A DNA stretch of 48,971 nucleotides from Actinomycetales bacterium (GTDB taxonomy: Bacteria > Actinomycetota > Actinomycetes > Actinomycetales > Micrococcaceae). A program made the position numbers and the translations under genes. The DNA is taken from contig JBIOFK010000001.1 of the NCBI GenBank assembly GCA_044447065.1, positions 1-48,971 on the forward strand, given 5' to 3'. Below the pieces are notes generated by a model. It was given only the letters and a program-made list of their open reading frames with translations, was not told the DNA's origin and searched no databases. Below are positions 29,903-39,512 of the stretch, one piece after another; the first letter of the stretch is position 1; every line of letters starts with the position of its first letter.

Positions 29903-30931
29903 ATGGCAGTGCCAGTAAGCTCCGCCCCCGATAGGCCCGCGACCATCCATGACGTGGCCGCCCTGTCCGGAGTGGCCGCGTCCACCGTTTCGCGGGCCCT
30001 GTCCACCCCGCAGCGGGTGAACTTCCGCACCCGCCTGCGGATCGAGGAGGCCGCGGCCCGGTTGAACTACATCCCGAACTCGCAGGCCAAAGCCCTGAGT
30101 TCCGGCCGGACCGGCGCCGTTGCCGTGCTGGTCGCCGACATTACGAACCCGTTCTTTTTCGACATCATCCGCGGCGCACAGCTCCAGCTCAAGGCCGCCG
30201 GCTACACCCAGTTGCTGGTGGACACCGAGGAATCCGGCGAGGTGGAGGCATCCACCCTGGAGCAGCTGCGCCGGAGCGCCGACGGGGTGATCCTGACCGC
30301 CTCCAGGCTCAGCGATGAGGCCCTGTCCATCGCCGCAACCAAGATTCCCCTGGTGACCATTAATACGGAAATCCCCGGCGTGGCTTCGGTGGTGCTGGAT
30401 ACGCCGTCGGCCACGAACCAGGCCCTTGATCACCTGATGTCACTGGGACACCGCCGGATTGCCTACATTGCGGGCCCGGACGCGTCACGGTCCAACCAGC
30501 GACGGTGGACGGCGCTGTCCGCAGCCGCCGAGGAACGCCAGGTGCAGATCACCCGGTTGGGCGGCTTCTCGCCGCGGACGTATTCCGGCGCCGCGGCAGC
30601 GGATGCGGCCGTGCACAGCGGCGTCAGCGCGTGCATCGTCTTCAACGACCTGATCGCCATCGGCATGCTGCAGCGGCTGCGGGAGCGCGGGGTCGCCGTG
30701 CCGGCGGAGATGTCGATCGTGGGCTGCGACGACATTTTCGGCTCGGACTTCTGCAGCCCTCCCCTGACCACCGTGACGGCGCCGGTGGAGCAGGCCGGGC
30801 GGACGGCGGTGACGCTGCTGCTGAGCCAGCTCAAACCCGGCGTGGGCAACGACAGGCGGCACCTCGCCGTGTTGCCGACCCACCTGACGATCCGTGGTTC
30901 AACGGGCCCGGCCCCTGACACAAGGACGTAA
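29903..30931 (+). CDS. LacI family transcriptional regulator (LacI-2)
   Basis: ORF 29903..30931: HTH IHDVAALSGVAASTVSRALS plus a sugar-binding-type effector domain. GAGGAG RBS. Confidence 0.9.
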   Translation: MAVPVSSAPDRPATIHDVAALSGVAASTVSRALSTPQRVNFRTRLRIEEAAARLNYIPNSQAKALSSGRTGAVAVLVADITNPFFFDIIRGAQLQLKAAGYTQLLVDTEESGEVEASTLEQLRRSADGVILTASRLSDEALSIAATKIPLVTINTEIPGVASVVLDTPSATNQALDHLMSLGHRRIAYIAGPDASRSNQRRWTALSAAAEERQVQITRLGGFSPRTYSGAAAADAAVHSGVSACIVFNDLIAIGMLQRLRERGVAVPAEMSIVGCDDIFGSDFCSPPLTTVTAPVEQAGRTAVTLLLSQLKPGVGNDRRHLAVLPTHLTIRGSTGPAPDTRT

Positions 30932-30954
30932 CACGCCGGTAGTACGCTTGGCGG

Positions 30955-31776
30955 ATGCGTGAATTACAGGCCGAAATCATCAGGGAAATGGGCGTCAAGG
31001 CGCAGATCGATCCCGCCGCCGAAGTACGCACCCGGGTGGCGTTCCTCAAGGACTACCTCAGGGCCACGGGCGCCCGCGGCTTCGTGCTCGGGATTTCCGG
31101 CGGCCTGGATTCCACCCTGGCCGGCCGGCTGGCCCAGCTCGCCGTCGAGGAGCTGGCGGCAGAAGGCACCGAGGCGGACTTCATGGCCGTGCGCCTGCCC
31201 TACAACGTCCAGGCCGACGAGGACGACGCCGCGGCCGCACTGGCATTCATCCGGCCCAAGACCGCCATGACCTACAACGTGGCGCCGGCGGTGGACGGCT
31301 TCGAGGGTGAGTACGCCCGCACCACCGGCGAATCCCTGTCCGACTTCACCAAGGGCAACATTAAGGCCCGCGCCCGGATGGTGGCCCAGTACGCCGTCGC
31401 CGGCCAGCACAACCTGCTGGTGGTCGGCACCGACCACGGCGCCGAATCGGTCACCGGATTCTTCACCAAGTACGGCGACGGAGGCGCGGACGTCCTGCCG
31501 CTCTTCACCCTGAACAAGCGCCAGAACCGCGCGCTGCTGCGTGAACTGGGCGCCCCCGGGCGGCTCTGGAACAAGGTCCCGACCGCCGACCTGCTGGACG
31601 GCCGGCCCGGCCGCACGGACGAGGACGAGCTGGGCCTGACCTATGACCAGATCGACGACTATCTGGAGGGCAAGGACGTGCCCGCGGCGGCGGCGGAGTC
31701 CATTGAGCGCCGGTTCCTGGCGACGCGGCACAAACGCACCGCACCGGTCACCCTGTCCGACGGGTGGTGGCGGTAA
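30955..31776 (+). CDS. nadE: ammonia-dependent NAD+ synthetase
   Basis: ORF 30955..31776: GISGGLDST (PP-loop SGGxDS), [20 protein letters not shown] and PLFTLNKRQ. Confidence 0.92.
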   Translation: MRELQAEIIREMGVKAQIDPAAEVRTRVAFLKDYLRATGARGFVLGISGGLDSTLAGRLAQLAVEELAAEGTEADFMAVRLPYNVQADEDDAAAALAFIRPKTAMTYNVAPAVDGFEGEYARTTGESLSDFTKGNIKARARMVAQYAVAGQHNLLVVGTDHGAESVTGFFTKYGDGGADVLPLFTLNKRQNRALLRELGAPGRLWNKVPTADLLDGRPGRTDEDELGLTYDQIDDYLEGKDVPAAAAESIERRFLATRHKRTAPVTLSDGWWR

Positions 31777-31805
31777 GGGCTTGCCATCGTGGGTAAGTTA
31801 AAGGG

Positions 31806-32609
31806 GTGAAGATTGCGACCTGGAACGTCAATTCCCTCCGTGCCCGCGCCGACCGCGTCGAGGCGTGGCTGCAGCGCAGTGACGTCGATGTCCTGGCCAT
31901 GCAGGAAACCAAGTGCAAGGACGAGAACTTCCCCTGGGAGCTGTTCGAAAAGAACGGCTACGAGGTGGCTCACTTCGGCCTGAGCCAATGGAACGGCGTC
32001 GCCATCGCCTCCCGGGTGGGGCTCGACGACGTCGAACGCACCTTCGGCGGCCAGCCCGCCTTTGGCAAGGGCGGCAAGGACCCCGCCCAGGAGGCCCGCG
32101 CGGTCGCCGCCACCTGCAACGGCGTGCGTGTCTGGAGCCTGTACGTTCCGAACGGGCGCGCCCTGGACGATGAGCACATGCCGTACAAGCTGCAGTGGCT
32201 CGACGTGCTCAAGGACCGGGCCGCGGGCTGGCTGGCGGCGGACCCGCAGGCCCAGATCGCGCTGGTGGGCGACTGGAACATTGCCCCGCGCGACGAGGAT
32301 GTCTGGGATATCGACTACTTCCGCGCCGAGGGCCTGACCCACGTCAGCCCGGGTGAGCGGGCAGCGTTCCGGGCCTTCGAGGATGCCGGATTCGCCGACG
32401 TCGTCCGCCCCCACCATCCCGGCCCCGGCGTCTACACCTACTGGGACTACACCCAGCTGCGCTTTCCCAAGAAGGAGGGCATGCGGATCGACTTCGTGCT
32501 GGCCTCCCCCGCCCTGGCCGCGCGGGTCGCGGGCGCGGCGATCGACCGCGAGGAGCGCAAGGGTAAGGGCGCCTCCGACCACGCCCCCGTGATTGTCGAG
32601 CTGGACTGA
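31806..32609 (+). CDS. xthA: exodeoxyribonuclease III
   Basis: ORF 31806..32609 (GTG start, AAAGGGG RBS): KIATWNVNSLRAR, LAMQETK, GDWNIAP and ASDHAPV. Confidence 0.92.
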   Translation: MKIATWNVNSLRARADRVEAWLQRSDVDVLAMQETKCKDENFPWELFEKNGYEVAHFGLSQWNGVAIASRVGLDDVERTFGGQPAFGKGGKDPAQEARAVAATCNGVRVWSLYVPNGRALDDEHMPYKLQWLDVLKDRAAGWLAADPQAQIALVGDWNIAPRDEDVWDIDYFRAEGLTHVSPGERAAFRAFEDAGFADVVRPHHPGPGVYTYWDYTQLRFPKKEGMRIDFVLASPALAARVAGAAIDREERKGKGASDHAPVIVELD

Positions 32610-32625
32610 GCCATGGGAGGGCACC

Positions 32626-33468
32626 GTGGCTAACGGTCTGTACCTGGGCGGTCTGAGCCTGCCGTACCTCTCCAGCCTGCGGATCTTCCTGCCCGAAACG
32701 AACTTCACCGCGATGGAAATGCGGTACATCGAGGAGGCGCTGGAACGGAACCGGGACCGGGTCAGCACGGACGCCCAGGAACTGATGGACAGCTTCGGGC
32801 GGATCACCCGCGCCAGCGGAGACCCGATGCCCACGGCCGCCGTCGAGCGCGTACGCACGTTCCGCTGGGGCGAGGAATCGCCCCTGCTGTACTGTCCCAG
32901 CCAGCACGTCCTGCGCAGCGTCGACGCCTCGGGCGCGTTCGCCACCGGCCGGACCCGCCAGCTGGCCAGCCTGTCCCTCCGCGCGGAGGATGTGGCCAGG
33001 CTGCACGAACGCCGCGCCGCGGACCCGCGCACCAGCGGCGCGGTGCTGACCCGGACGGCGAACTGGGGCATCCCGTTCACCTGGTTTGTCCTGGTCGACG
33101 AGGGCGACAGGACGGAAGTGCTCCGCTCGTCCGGGCGCATCCTGACCGTGCGGATCCAGGTCCCGTACCCGGTCGCGTATGAACGGCTCTCCGCGGCCAA
33201 GGAGCTGCTGGGCCGGGCAGCCCCGGAGCTGGACCTGTTCGAGGAAATCGAAGAGATGGACGAATGGCTGGAGGGCCTGCCGGCGGACGCCGCCATGGAA
33301 CTGGACTACGGGCCCGTGGCCAACAGACTTTACCCGGACGACTCCCCCTCCGACGTGCGGATGGGCCTGGAGTGCCTGGCCGAGGGCGACTCGACGGGCG
33401 CCGCCGCGGCGTACCGCAGGCTGGCCTCGCGCTGGATGCCGGTCCGCCAGCTCTCCCGCTCCTCCTGA
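32626..33468 (+). CDS. uncharacterised conserved-looking protein, no family recognised
   Basis: Frame of ORF 32593..33468, with the start set at GTG 32626 (GGGAGG 5 nt upstream). The codon usage looks coding (high third-position GC). I recognise no motif. Confidence 0.6.
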   Translation: MANGLYLGGLSLPYLSSLRIFLPETNFTAMEMRYIEEALERNRDRVSTDAQELMDSFGRITRASGDPMPTAAVERVRTFRWGEESPLLYCPSQHVLRSVDASGAFATGRTRQLASLSLRAEDVARLHERRAADPRTSGAVLTRTANWGIPFTWFVLVDEGDRTEVLRSSGRILTVRIQVPYPVAYERLSAAKELLGRAAPELDLFEEIEEMDEWLEGLPADAAMELDYGPVANRLYPDDSPSDVRMGLECLAEGDSTGAAAAYRRLASRWMPVRQLSRSS

Positions 33469-33535
33469 CCCAACTGGGTCGCAGATAACGCAGCTAAAAC
33501 CGGTCTAAACGGGCATTATCTGCGACCCAGTTGGG
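33469..33535. terminator. perfect 20-bp inverted repeat with 27-nt loop between convergent genes
   Basis: CCCAACTGGGTCGCAGATAA (33469-33488) pairs with TTATCTGCGACCCAGTTGGG (33516-33535). The right arm overlaps the last 6 codons and the stop of LacI-3. Confidence 0.55.
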
Positions 33536-34538
33536 GCGGGGCGGTGGAGCCTCGGATGACGAGGTGGTGCGGCGCCACGGCATCGGTGATGCCGGACCCG
33601 GTCCCGGACAGCTCGGTCAGCAGCATCCGTCCGGCCAGCGCGCCCTGGGCGAGCGGATCCTGGCGGATCGTGGTGAGCCCGGCGGCCTCGGAGAAGTCAT
33701 GGTCATCGATGCCGATCACGGAGAGATCCTCCGGGACCCGGATGCCGCGCCGGTGCGCCTCGAACATCAGCCCCAGGGCCACCTCGTCGGACCCGCAGAA
33801 GACGGCGGTCGGCAACGGCCCCGGGCCGTCAAAGAGGCGGCGGGCCGCCGTCACCCCGTTGCGCACCGTGTATTCGCCGCCCACGTCCCACTCCGGCCGG
33901 GCGGCGATGCCCGCGGCCGCGAGCGTGGCCCGGAACGCGGCGCTGCGGATTCCCGGAACCGTGAAGCGGTGCTCCTCCTCCGCTGTGCCGTGCAGTTGGG
34001 CGATGTCCCGGTGGCCGAGGGAGATCAGGTGCTTGGTGGCCTCCTCGGCGGCGAGCGCGTCGTCGATCCGGATGCTGGCGCAGCCGCGTACGGCACCGCC
34101 GACGGCGACCAGCGGCACCTCTGTCCGGTGCAGATGGTCCAACTCATCAGGGGTCAGGCGGAGGCAGAGCACCACCAGGGCGGCGATCTGCTTGCGCATG
34201 ATGTTGCGGTCAAAAAGACGCTGCCGCCCCTCCCCCGAGCGGCCCAGGCTGAACAGGAGCAGCGAATACGACTGGGTCCGCAGCTCCTGCTCCAGGCCCT
34301 CGATGGCACGGCCGAAATACCAGCGGTCCACATAAGGGGCAAGCACCCCGATGGTCCGGGTGCGGCCGGAGGCCAGATTGCTGGCCGAGGGCGAGGCAAC
34401 ATAGCCCAGCTCGTCGGCCACGGCGAGGATCCGGGCCCGGGTCGCCTCGTTCACCCGGGGCAGCCCGCGGATGGCCCGCGAGACGGTGGCCGTCGAAACG
34501 CGGGCGGCCGCCGCAACGTCATCAATACTTACCGCCAC
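33516..34538 (-). CDS. LacI family transcriptional regulator (LacI-3)
   Basis: ORF 33516..34538 (GTG start): HTH IDDVAAAARVSTATVSRAIRG plus an effector domain. Confidence 0.9.
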   Translation of the reverse strand: MAVSIDDVAAAARVSTATVSRAIRGLPRVNEATRARILAVADELGYVASPSASNLASGRTRTIGVLAPYVDRWYFGRAIEGLEQELRTQSYSLLLFSLGRSGEGRQRLFDRNIMRKQIAALVVLCLRLTPDELDHLHRTEVPLVAVGGAVRGCASIRIDDALAAEEATKHLISLGHRDIAQLHGTAEEEHRFTVPGIRSAAFRATLAAAGIAARPEWDVGGEYTVRNGVTAARRLFDGPGPLPTAVFCGSDEVALGLMFEAHRRGIRVPEDLSVIGIDDHDFSEAAGLTTIRQDPLAQGALAGRMLLTELSGTGSGITDAVAPHHLVIRGSTAPPQLGRR

Positions 34539-34586
34539 AGCCCTGCCTTCCGTTTCATGGCCCCGACCCTCCGCCGTGGACGTCGG

Positions 34587-34829
34587 CTAGACTCCCGTTC
34601 CCCGCCGCCGGCCGATCCTGGCCGGCAGGCTGCGGCGCAGCCGCAGCATGCCCCAGATGCCGGCCACCACGGCTAGCAGGCCCATGGCCCAGCCCAGCGC
34701 AGGCTGGCCGGTGACCTCCATCCACACGGTGATGCCTAGCAGCAGCACGCCCCAGAACGAGAGGAACCCGATGATGATGTCGAAGTCCTCACCGGAGCGG
34801 TGCCGGTTTGCTGCCGCTCCCTTGCTCAC
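34587..34829 (-). CDS. small (80 aa) two-TM membrane protein, GTGA-coupled to the ABC permease gene
   Basis: C-terminal part of the ORF 34587..35258 frame. GTG 34829 overlaps the permease stop (GTGA). It reads VSKGAAANRHRSGEDFDIIIGFLSFWGVLLLGITVWMEVTGQPALGWAMGLLAVVAGIWGMLRLRRSL..., with two hydrophobic helices and a basic tail. Confidence 0.5.
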   Translation of the reverse strand: MSKGAAANRHRSGEDFDIIIGFLSFWGVLLLGITVWMEVTGQPALGWAMGLLAVVAGIWGMLRLRRSLPARIGRRRGTGV

Positions 34830-35716
34830 TTGACGGCTCCCGCGGTCAGGCCGGCAACGATCTTGCGCTGGAAGACCAGCACCAGGATGACTAGCGGGAT
34901 GGTGACGACGGTTCCGGCGGCCATCACGGCGGTGTACGGTTCCTGGTGCGGCTGCGCACCGGCGAACTGGGCGATGGCCACCGTGACGGGCTGGGTGGCA
35001 TCGCTGGAGAGCTGGCTGGCGATCAGGAACTCGTTCCAGGCCGAGATGAACGCCAGGATGGCCGTCGTGAAGACGGCCGGGGCGGCCAGCGGCATGATCA
35101 CCTTGCGGAAGGCCTGCCCCTGCGTGCAGCCGTCGATGCGGGCCGCTTCCTCCAGCTCCCACGGCATCTCGCGGAAGAACGACGTCAGCGTGTAGACCGT
35201 CAGCGGGAGCACGAAGGAAATGTCCGGAATAATCATCGCCTGGTAGCTTCCGTACCACCCGATGTTCGTGAAGAGCTGGAACAGCGGGGTGACCAGGGCA
35301 ACGCCGGGGAACATCGAGGCTCCCAGGATGAACCCCAGGACCAGGAACTTGAACCGGAATTCAAGCCGGGCCAGGGCGTAGGCGGCGAAGACACCGACCA
35401 CGAGGGCGACGACGGTGGTCACCCCGCCGATGATCAGCGAGTTCAGCAGCGCCTGGCCGAAGTGGTTGCCGAGCGACGTGGAAAACACCGTGGCGAAGTT
35501 ATCCAGCGTCACGTGCGTGAAGAACGGCGTCGAATCAAAGGTGAAGCCGACGTCCCGGAATGCTGTCACGACCATCCAGTAGAACGGCAGCAGGCACCAG
35601 ATCAGGATGACGGCCGCGCTTATGTAGGTGCGCCCGCTGGACCAGCGTTCGCGCCTGCGCGCGGCGGTCTTGGGGGCGGCGTCGAAGGCCGGAGCCTTCA
35701 GGGTCGTGGCGGTCAT
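34826..35716 (-). CDS. carbohydrate ABC transporter permease (CUT1, MalG-like)
   Basis: ORF 34826..35716: six TM segments with the EAA loop EEAARIDGCTQGQAFRKVIMPL. Confidence 0.9.
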   Translation of the reverse strand: MTATTLKAPAFDAAPKTAARRRERWSSGRTYISAAVILIWCLLPFYWMVVTAFRDVGFTFDSTPFFTHVTLDNFATVFSTSLGNHFGQALLNSLIIGGVTTVVALVVGVFAAYALARLEFRFKFLVLGFILGASMFPGVALVTPLFQLFTNIGWYGSYQAMIIPDISFVLPLTVYTLTSFFREMPWELEEAARIDGCTQGQAFRKVIMPLAAPAVFTTAILAFISAWNEFLIASQLSSDATQPVTVAIAQFAGAQPHQEPYTAVMAAGTVVTIPLVILVLVFQRKIVAGLTAGAVK

Positions 35717-36732
35717 TGTTCCTTCCCCTTCTTGGTGGGCGTGGCGGAGGCGACGGCGTTAGCTCCCAGGAACCGGACGAAGATAAACGCGACGATGAAG
35801 ATGATCAGGAAGGTGATGGTGGACAGGGCCGCCGCACTGTTGAACCCCTGCCTGATCTGGTCCACGACCAGGATCGACAGCGTGGTGGTGCCGTTGGATC
35901 CCTGGGTCATGATGGCCGGCAGGTCGTACATGCGCAGGGCGTCCAGGACACGGAACAGGATCGCCACCATCAGCGCCGGCTTCACCAGCGGAAGCGTGAT
36001 CTGGGTAAAACGCTGCCAGGCGGAGGCGCCGTCAACCCGCGCGGCCTCATAGACCTCGGCGGGAATGATCTGCAGTCCGGCGAGAATCAGCAGGGCCATG
36101 AACGGGGTTGTCTTCCAGACATCGGCGATGATGATCGCCCAGCGGGCGGGCCACTCGCTGCCGGTCCACAGGATGGAGGTGTTGAACAGCTTGTTGGCGA
36201 TGCCCTCGAAGGCGAAAATGAAGAACCAGAGCTTGGCCGTCACGGCGGTGGGAATGGCCCACGGCACCAGGACCGCCGCCCGCAGCGCGCTGCGTCCGCG
36301 GAAGGTGCGCGCCATGATGACGGCCATCCAGAAACCGAGCACGGTCTCCAGCGCGACGGTGACGATGGTGAAGAAGAATGTGGTGCCCGTGGCGCTCCAG
36401 AACTGGGAACCCAGCGATCCGGGGGCGCACGCCGCGCCGCCGCAGGTCTGGGTGAGCCAGTGCACGAAGTTGTCAAAGCCGGCGTAGCCGCCCTGGACGA
36501 AGGTCTTGGTGACCGGGTCCAGGCCCTGGTCCTTCTGGAAGGACATCACCATGGCGTTGATGACGGGGTAGACGATCACGATGGCCAGCAGGACCAGGGT
36601 GGGGGCGATGAGGAGCAGGCCGGCGCGTCCTTGCGTCTTGGCCTTGCGGTCCATCCCTACTTCTTTGCTTTCTTTCCCTGTTTTGGGGTCCCGTGCCCCG
36701 GGCGCGGTTTTCGGTTGCGCGTCAATGGACAT
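35713..36732 (-). CDS. carbohydrate ABC transporter permease (CUT1, MalF-like)
   Basis: Frame of ORF 35713..36777, with the start at ATG 36732 (AAAGGAGGGG RBS). EAA loop YEAARVDGASAWQRFTQITLPL. ATGA overlap with the next gene. Confidence 0.88.
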   Translation of the reverse strand: MSIDAQPKTAPGARDPKTGKESKEVGMDRKAKTQGRAGLLLIAPTLVLLAIVIVYPVINAMVMSFQKDQGLDPVTKTFVQGGYAGFDNFVHWLTQTCGGAACAPGSLGSQFWSATGTTFFFTIVTVALETVLGFWMAVIMARTFRGRSALRAAVLVPWAIPTAVTAKLWFFIFAFEGIANKLFNTSILWTGSEWPARWAIIIADVWKTTPFMALLILAGLQIIPAEVYEAARVDGASAWQRFTQITLPLVKPALMVAILFRVLDALRMYDLPAIMTQGSNGTTTLSILVVDQIRQGFNSAAALSTITFLIIFIVAFIFVRFLGANAVASATPTKKGKEQ

Positions 36733-36861
36733 GTCCCCTCCTTTCACAACGGAGTCCAACGGCCGGCATGGAATCACCGGTCCGCTGCGTGCCGGTACGG
36801 CACGGAATGAGGTCCGGCTGCGGGCGGCCGGTGAGGGCCGCCCGCAGCCGTGCCGGTTCGG

Positions 36862-38145
36862 CTAAGAGCCGGCCGAGGAGATGGCGCTTTGCATATCGGT
36901 CAGGGCCTGGTCAACGGACTTGTCACCCTTGATGGCGGCGTAGGCGTTGTCCTGGACGGCCTTGGTGACTGCCGGGTAGAACGGCGTGACCGGACGCGGG
37001 ACGGCGTTGTCGATCGAGGTCTTCAGCACCGGCAGGTAGGGCAGCTGCTGCACCAGGGCGGCGTCGCTGTACAGCGCACCGAGCACCGGCGCCAGCGAAC
37101 CCTGCGTGGCGTAGAATTTCTCGGTTTCAGCGCTGGTCATGAACGCCAGGAAATCCTTGTCCGTAGCCTTGTGCTTGGAGTAGACGCTGACCGCGAGGTT
37201 GTGTCCGCCGAGCGACGATGCGCCGGGGCCATCCTTGCCGGGCAGCGGGGCGATGCCGAAGGTGTCCTTCACCGTGGAGGCGCCGTCGGTCTTGGCCAGG
37301 TTGTACACGTACGGCCAGTTGCGCAGGAACATCAGCTTTCCGGACTCGAACGCCTGCCGGCTCTGCTCCTCCTGGAAGGTGATGGCCTCGGTCGGGATGT
37401 TTCCGTCCTTGTAGGCCGTCGCCAGGTTCTGCAGTCCGGCCTTTGCCTCGGGCGTGTTCACTGTCGGCTTGCCGTCGGCGCCGACGATCGTCCCACCCGC
37501 GGTGTTGATGGCCTCGGCGACATTGACGGTCAGGCCCTCGTACTTGGCGAGCTGGCCGGCGTAGCAGCCGATGTTCTGCGCCTTGGCGATCGAGCACATG
37601 CCCATCATCTCGTCCCAGGTCTTGGGCGGGGTGGGAACCAGGTCCTTGCGGTAGTACAGGATGCCGCCGTCGGAGGTCTGCGGGGCGGCGAACAGGGTGT
37701 TGTTATACGTGGCGGTCTTCACCGTGGCCGGCAGCATCGCCGAGGTGTCGATGGCCATCTGGTCCTTGAGCGGCTGCAGCCAGCCCTTGGCGGCGAATTC
37801 CGCTGTCCATACGACGTCGACGTCGACGACGTCGTAGTCGCTGCCCTTGGCCTGGAAGTGCTGGACCAGGTCATCGTGCTGCTGGTCGGCCTGGTCGGAC
37901 TGCTCCTTGAAGGTGACCTTCTCGTCCGGGTGGGCGGCATTCCACTTGTCCACGAGCGGCCGGACGACGTTGCTGTTGTCCTTGCCCTGGACGTAGGTGA
38001 TGGGTCCGCGGTCGGTGAGGTTGTTGGCGGCGTCCCCGCTGGCGGAGCCACCACCTCCGCCGCTTGACCCGCTGCTGCAGGCGGCCATCGTCAGTGCGAG
38101 CACTGCGACCGCGGCAAGGGGGCCGAGTTGTCTTGATCGTTTCAT
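36862..38145 (-). CDS. sugar ABC transporter substrate-binding lipoprotein (family 1)
   Basis: ORF 36862..38145: lipobox LTMAAC plus a Gly/Ser linker and an SBP_bac_1-type body. GAGGAG RBS. Confidence 0.88.
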   Translation of the reverse strand: MKRSRQLGPLAAVAVLALTMAACSSGSSGGGGGSASGDAANNLTDRGPITYVQGKDNSNVVRPLVDKWNAAHPDEKVTFKEQSDQADQQHDDLVQHFQAKGSDYDVVDVDVVWTAEFAAKGWLQPLKDQMAIDTSAMLPATVKTATYNNTLFAAPQTSDGGILYYRKDLVPTPPKTWDEMMGMCSIAKAQNIGCYAGQLAKYEGLTVNVAEAINTAGGTIVGADGKPTVNTPEAKAGLQNLATAYKDGNIPTEAITFQEEQSRQAFESGKLMFLRNWPYVYNLAKTDGASTVKDTFGIAPLPGKDGPGASSLGGHNLAVSVYSKHKATDKDFLAFMTSAETEKFYATQGSLAPVLGALYSDAALVQQLPYLPVLKTSIDNAVPRPVTPFYPAVTKAVQDNAYAAIKGDKSVDQALTDMQSAISSAGS

Positions 38146-38252
38146 GCCGTTTGTACTCCTCTGTGAGCGGGCAGGGCAGCCCTTGCGGGGCGCCGACTAC
38201 CATCCCTGCGTTGGTGTGGTGCGGCTCACTCTAATCAGGGCGGAGGCCATTG

Positions 38253-38266
38253 TGCAAGCGCTTACA
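38253..38266. promoter_or_regulatory. canonical LacI-family operator TGCAAGCGCTTACA
   Basis: Fits TGnAAnCGnTTnCA exactly. It lies 108 nt upstream of the SBP start and is a different motif from the four-copy operator. Confidence 0.55.
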
Positions 38267-38301
38267 TGAGATTGTGATGCTAAGCAAGCATCCGATCGGC
38301 G

Positions 38302-38919
38302 CTAGCGGACGCGTTCGGCCCGGGTGAACCGTGTTCTGGCCCCGACGCCGATGCTGACCAGCACGGGCAGACCGCGTCCCAGCACGGATTCCAGGGCGTC
38401 AACGAGCTCCGCGACATCGGCGGCGACGGCGTGCGGCGCCACCCCCTGCCGGGGCAGGACACGGATCTTCAGCGCCGGCCGGCCGCCGATGTCATAGGTG
38501 GACACGGTGGCTCCGACCAGGTCGGTCCGCTCGGCCAGGGCGGCCTTGAGCGCGTGCTCGGCCACCGTACCGCTGACGACGACGCGTCCCGGCGCGCCGC
38601 CGTCGTCGTCCTCGTCCGCCTCGACCAGAATGTTGGCCCGCCCGCGCCCCTGGGCGGCCACCCACGCGACCATGCAGATCACCAGCACCACCAGCACGGC
38701 GCAGACGGCGATCCAGATCCAGCTGGTGCCGGTGGCGGCCAGGCTGGTCCGAGCGAAGAGGTCCCTGAGCGAGCGATCGGCGCCGCCCGCCCAGCGCCGC
38801 CAGGCGTCCGCGGCGGCCGGGACGGCGACCAGCGCGAGCAGGAGTATGCCGGCGGCCAGGAACAGCAGCCCGACCAGGGCCAGCAGGACGCGGTTAAGGG
38901 CCCGCGGTGTCTGGTTCAC
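38302..38919 (-). CDS. amaP: alkaline shock response membrane anchor protein AmaP-like
   Basis: ORF 38302..38919 (GTG start, GTGA overlap): N-terminal TM LNRVLLALVGLLFLAAGILLLAL, a second TM, then a soluble domain. It is the last gene of an Asp23 operon. Confidence 0.7.
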   Translation of the reverse strand: MNQTPRALNRVLLALVGLLFLAAGILLLALVAVPAAADAWRRWAGGADRSLRDLFARTSLAATGTSWIWIAVCAVLVVLVICMVAWVAAQGRGRANILVEADEDDDGGAPGRVVVSGTVAEHALKAALAERTDLVGATVSTYDIGGRPALKIRVLPRQGVAPHAVAADVAELVDALESVLGRGLPVLVSIGVGARTRFTRAERVR

Positions 38920-39512
38920 ACGCCCACCGCGCCGATCGCCGCCAGGTGCACCGAAGCCGTCAGGCCCGGATGCGGCGCCAGTTCCGCGAGCTCCTCGCGC
39001 ACGGCCGCGAGCACGTCCCCTTCGTCCACGGCGATGCCGGAGGTGGGGCGCACGTTGACGGTCACGGCCGTCCTGGACACCACCACCAGGACCTGCTCGC
39101 GGGTGACGCCGGCGGCGAGGCGGGCTCGGCGGGCCAGTGCGGCGGCGATCACCTCATCATCGACGACGACGGCGGTCCGGGCGCCCGGGAGGGTGTGCCG
39201 GGCGAGCCGGCCCGGCAGGACCGCGTTGAGCAGGAACACCACGCCAAGGAGCGCCAGCACGACGCCGAGCGCCCCGAGCAGGGCCGGGGACACGCCCTCC
39301 GGGAGCCTGGCGAGCGCGTCCAGTCCGCTTTGCGGGTCGATCAGCCACGGCGGCTGGCCGACGGCTCGCAGGGCCGACTCCAGCAGCCCGTAGACGGCCA
39401 GCAGGATCACGAGCAGCGCGGCGATTCCGCTCGGAACGGCCCGGGAGGAGTGGGTCTCACGCCGGATGATCCGCTCGGTGAACCGGTCCCGGTCCGGCAC
39501 CGGGCCGCTCAT
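38916..39512 (-). CDS. DUF6286-like membrane protein of the Asp23 cluster
   Basis: ORF 38916..39512: two TM segments (IAALLVILLAVYGLL, ALLGALGVVLALLGVVFLL). 4-nt overlaps at both ends. Confidence 0.65.
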   Translation of the reverse strand: MSGPVPDRDRFTERIIRRETHSSRAVPSGIAALLVILLAVYGLLESALRAVGQPPWLIDPQSGLDALARLPEGVSPALLGALGVVLALLGVVFLLNAVLPGRLARHTLPGARTAVVVDDEVIAAALARRARLAAGVTREQVLVVVSRTAVTVNVRPTSGIAVDEGDVLAAVREELAELAPHPGLTASVHLAAIGAVGV

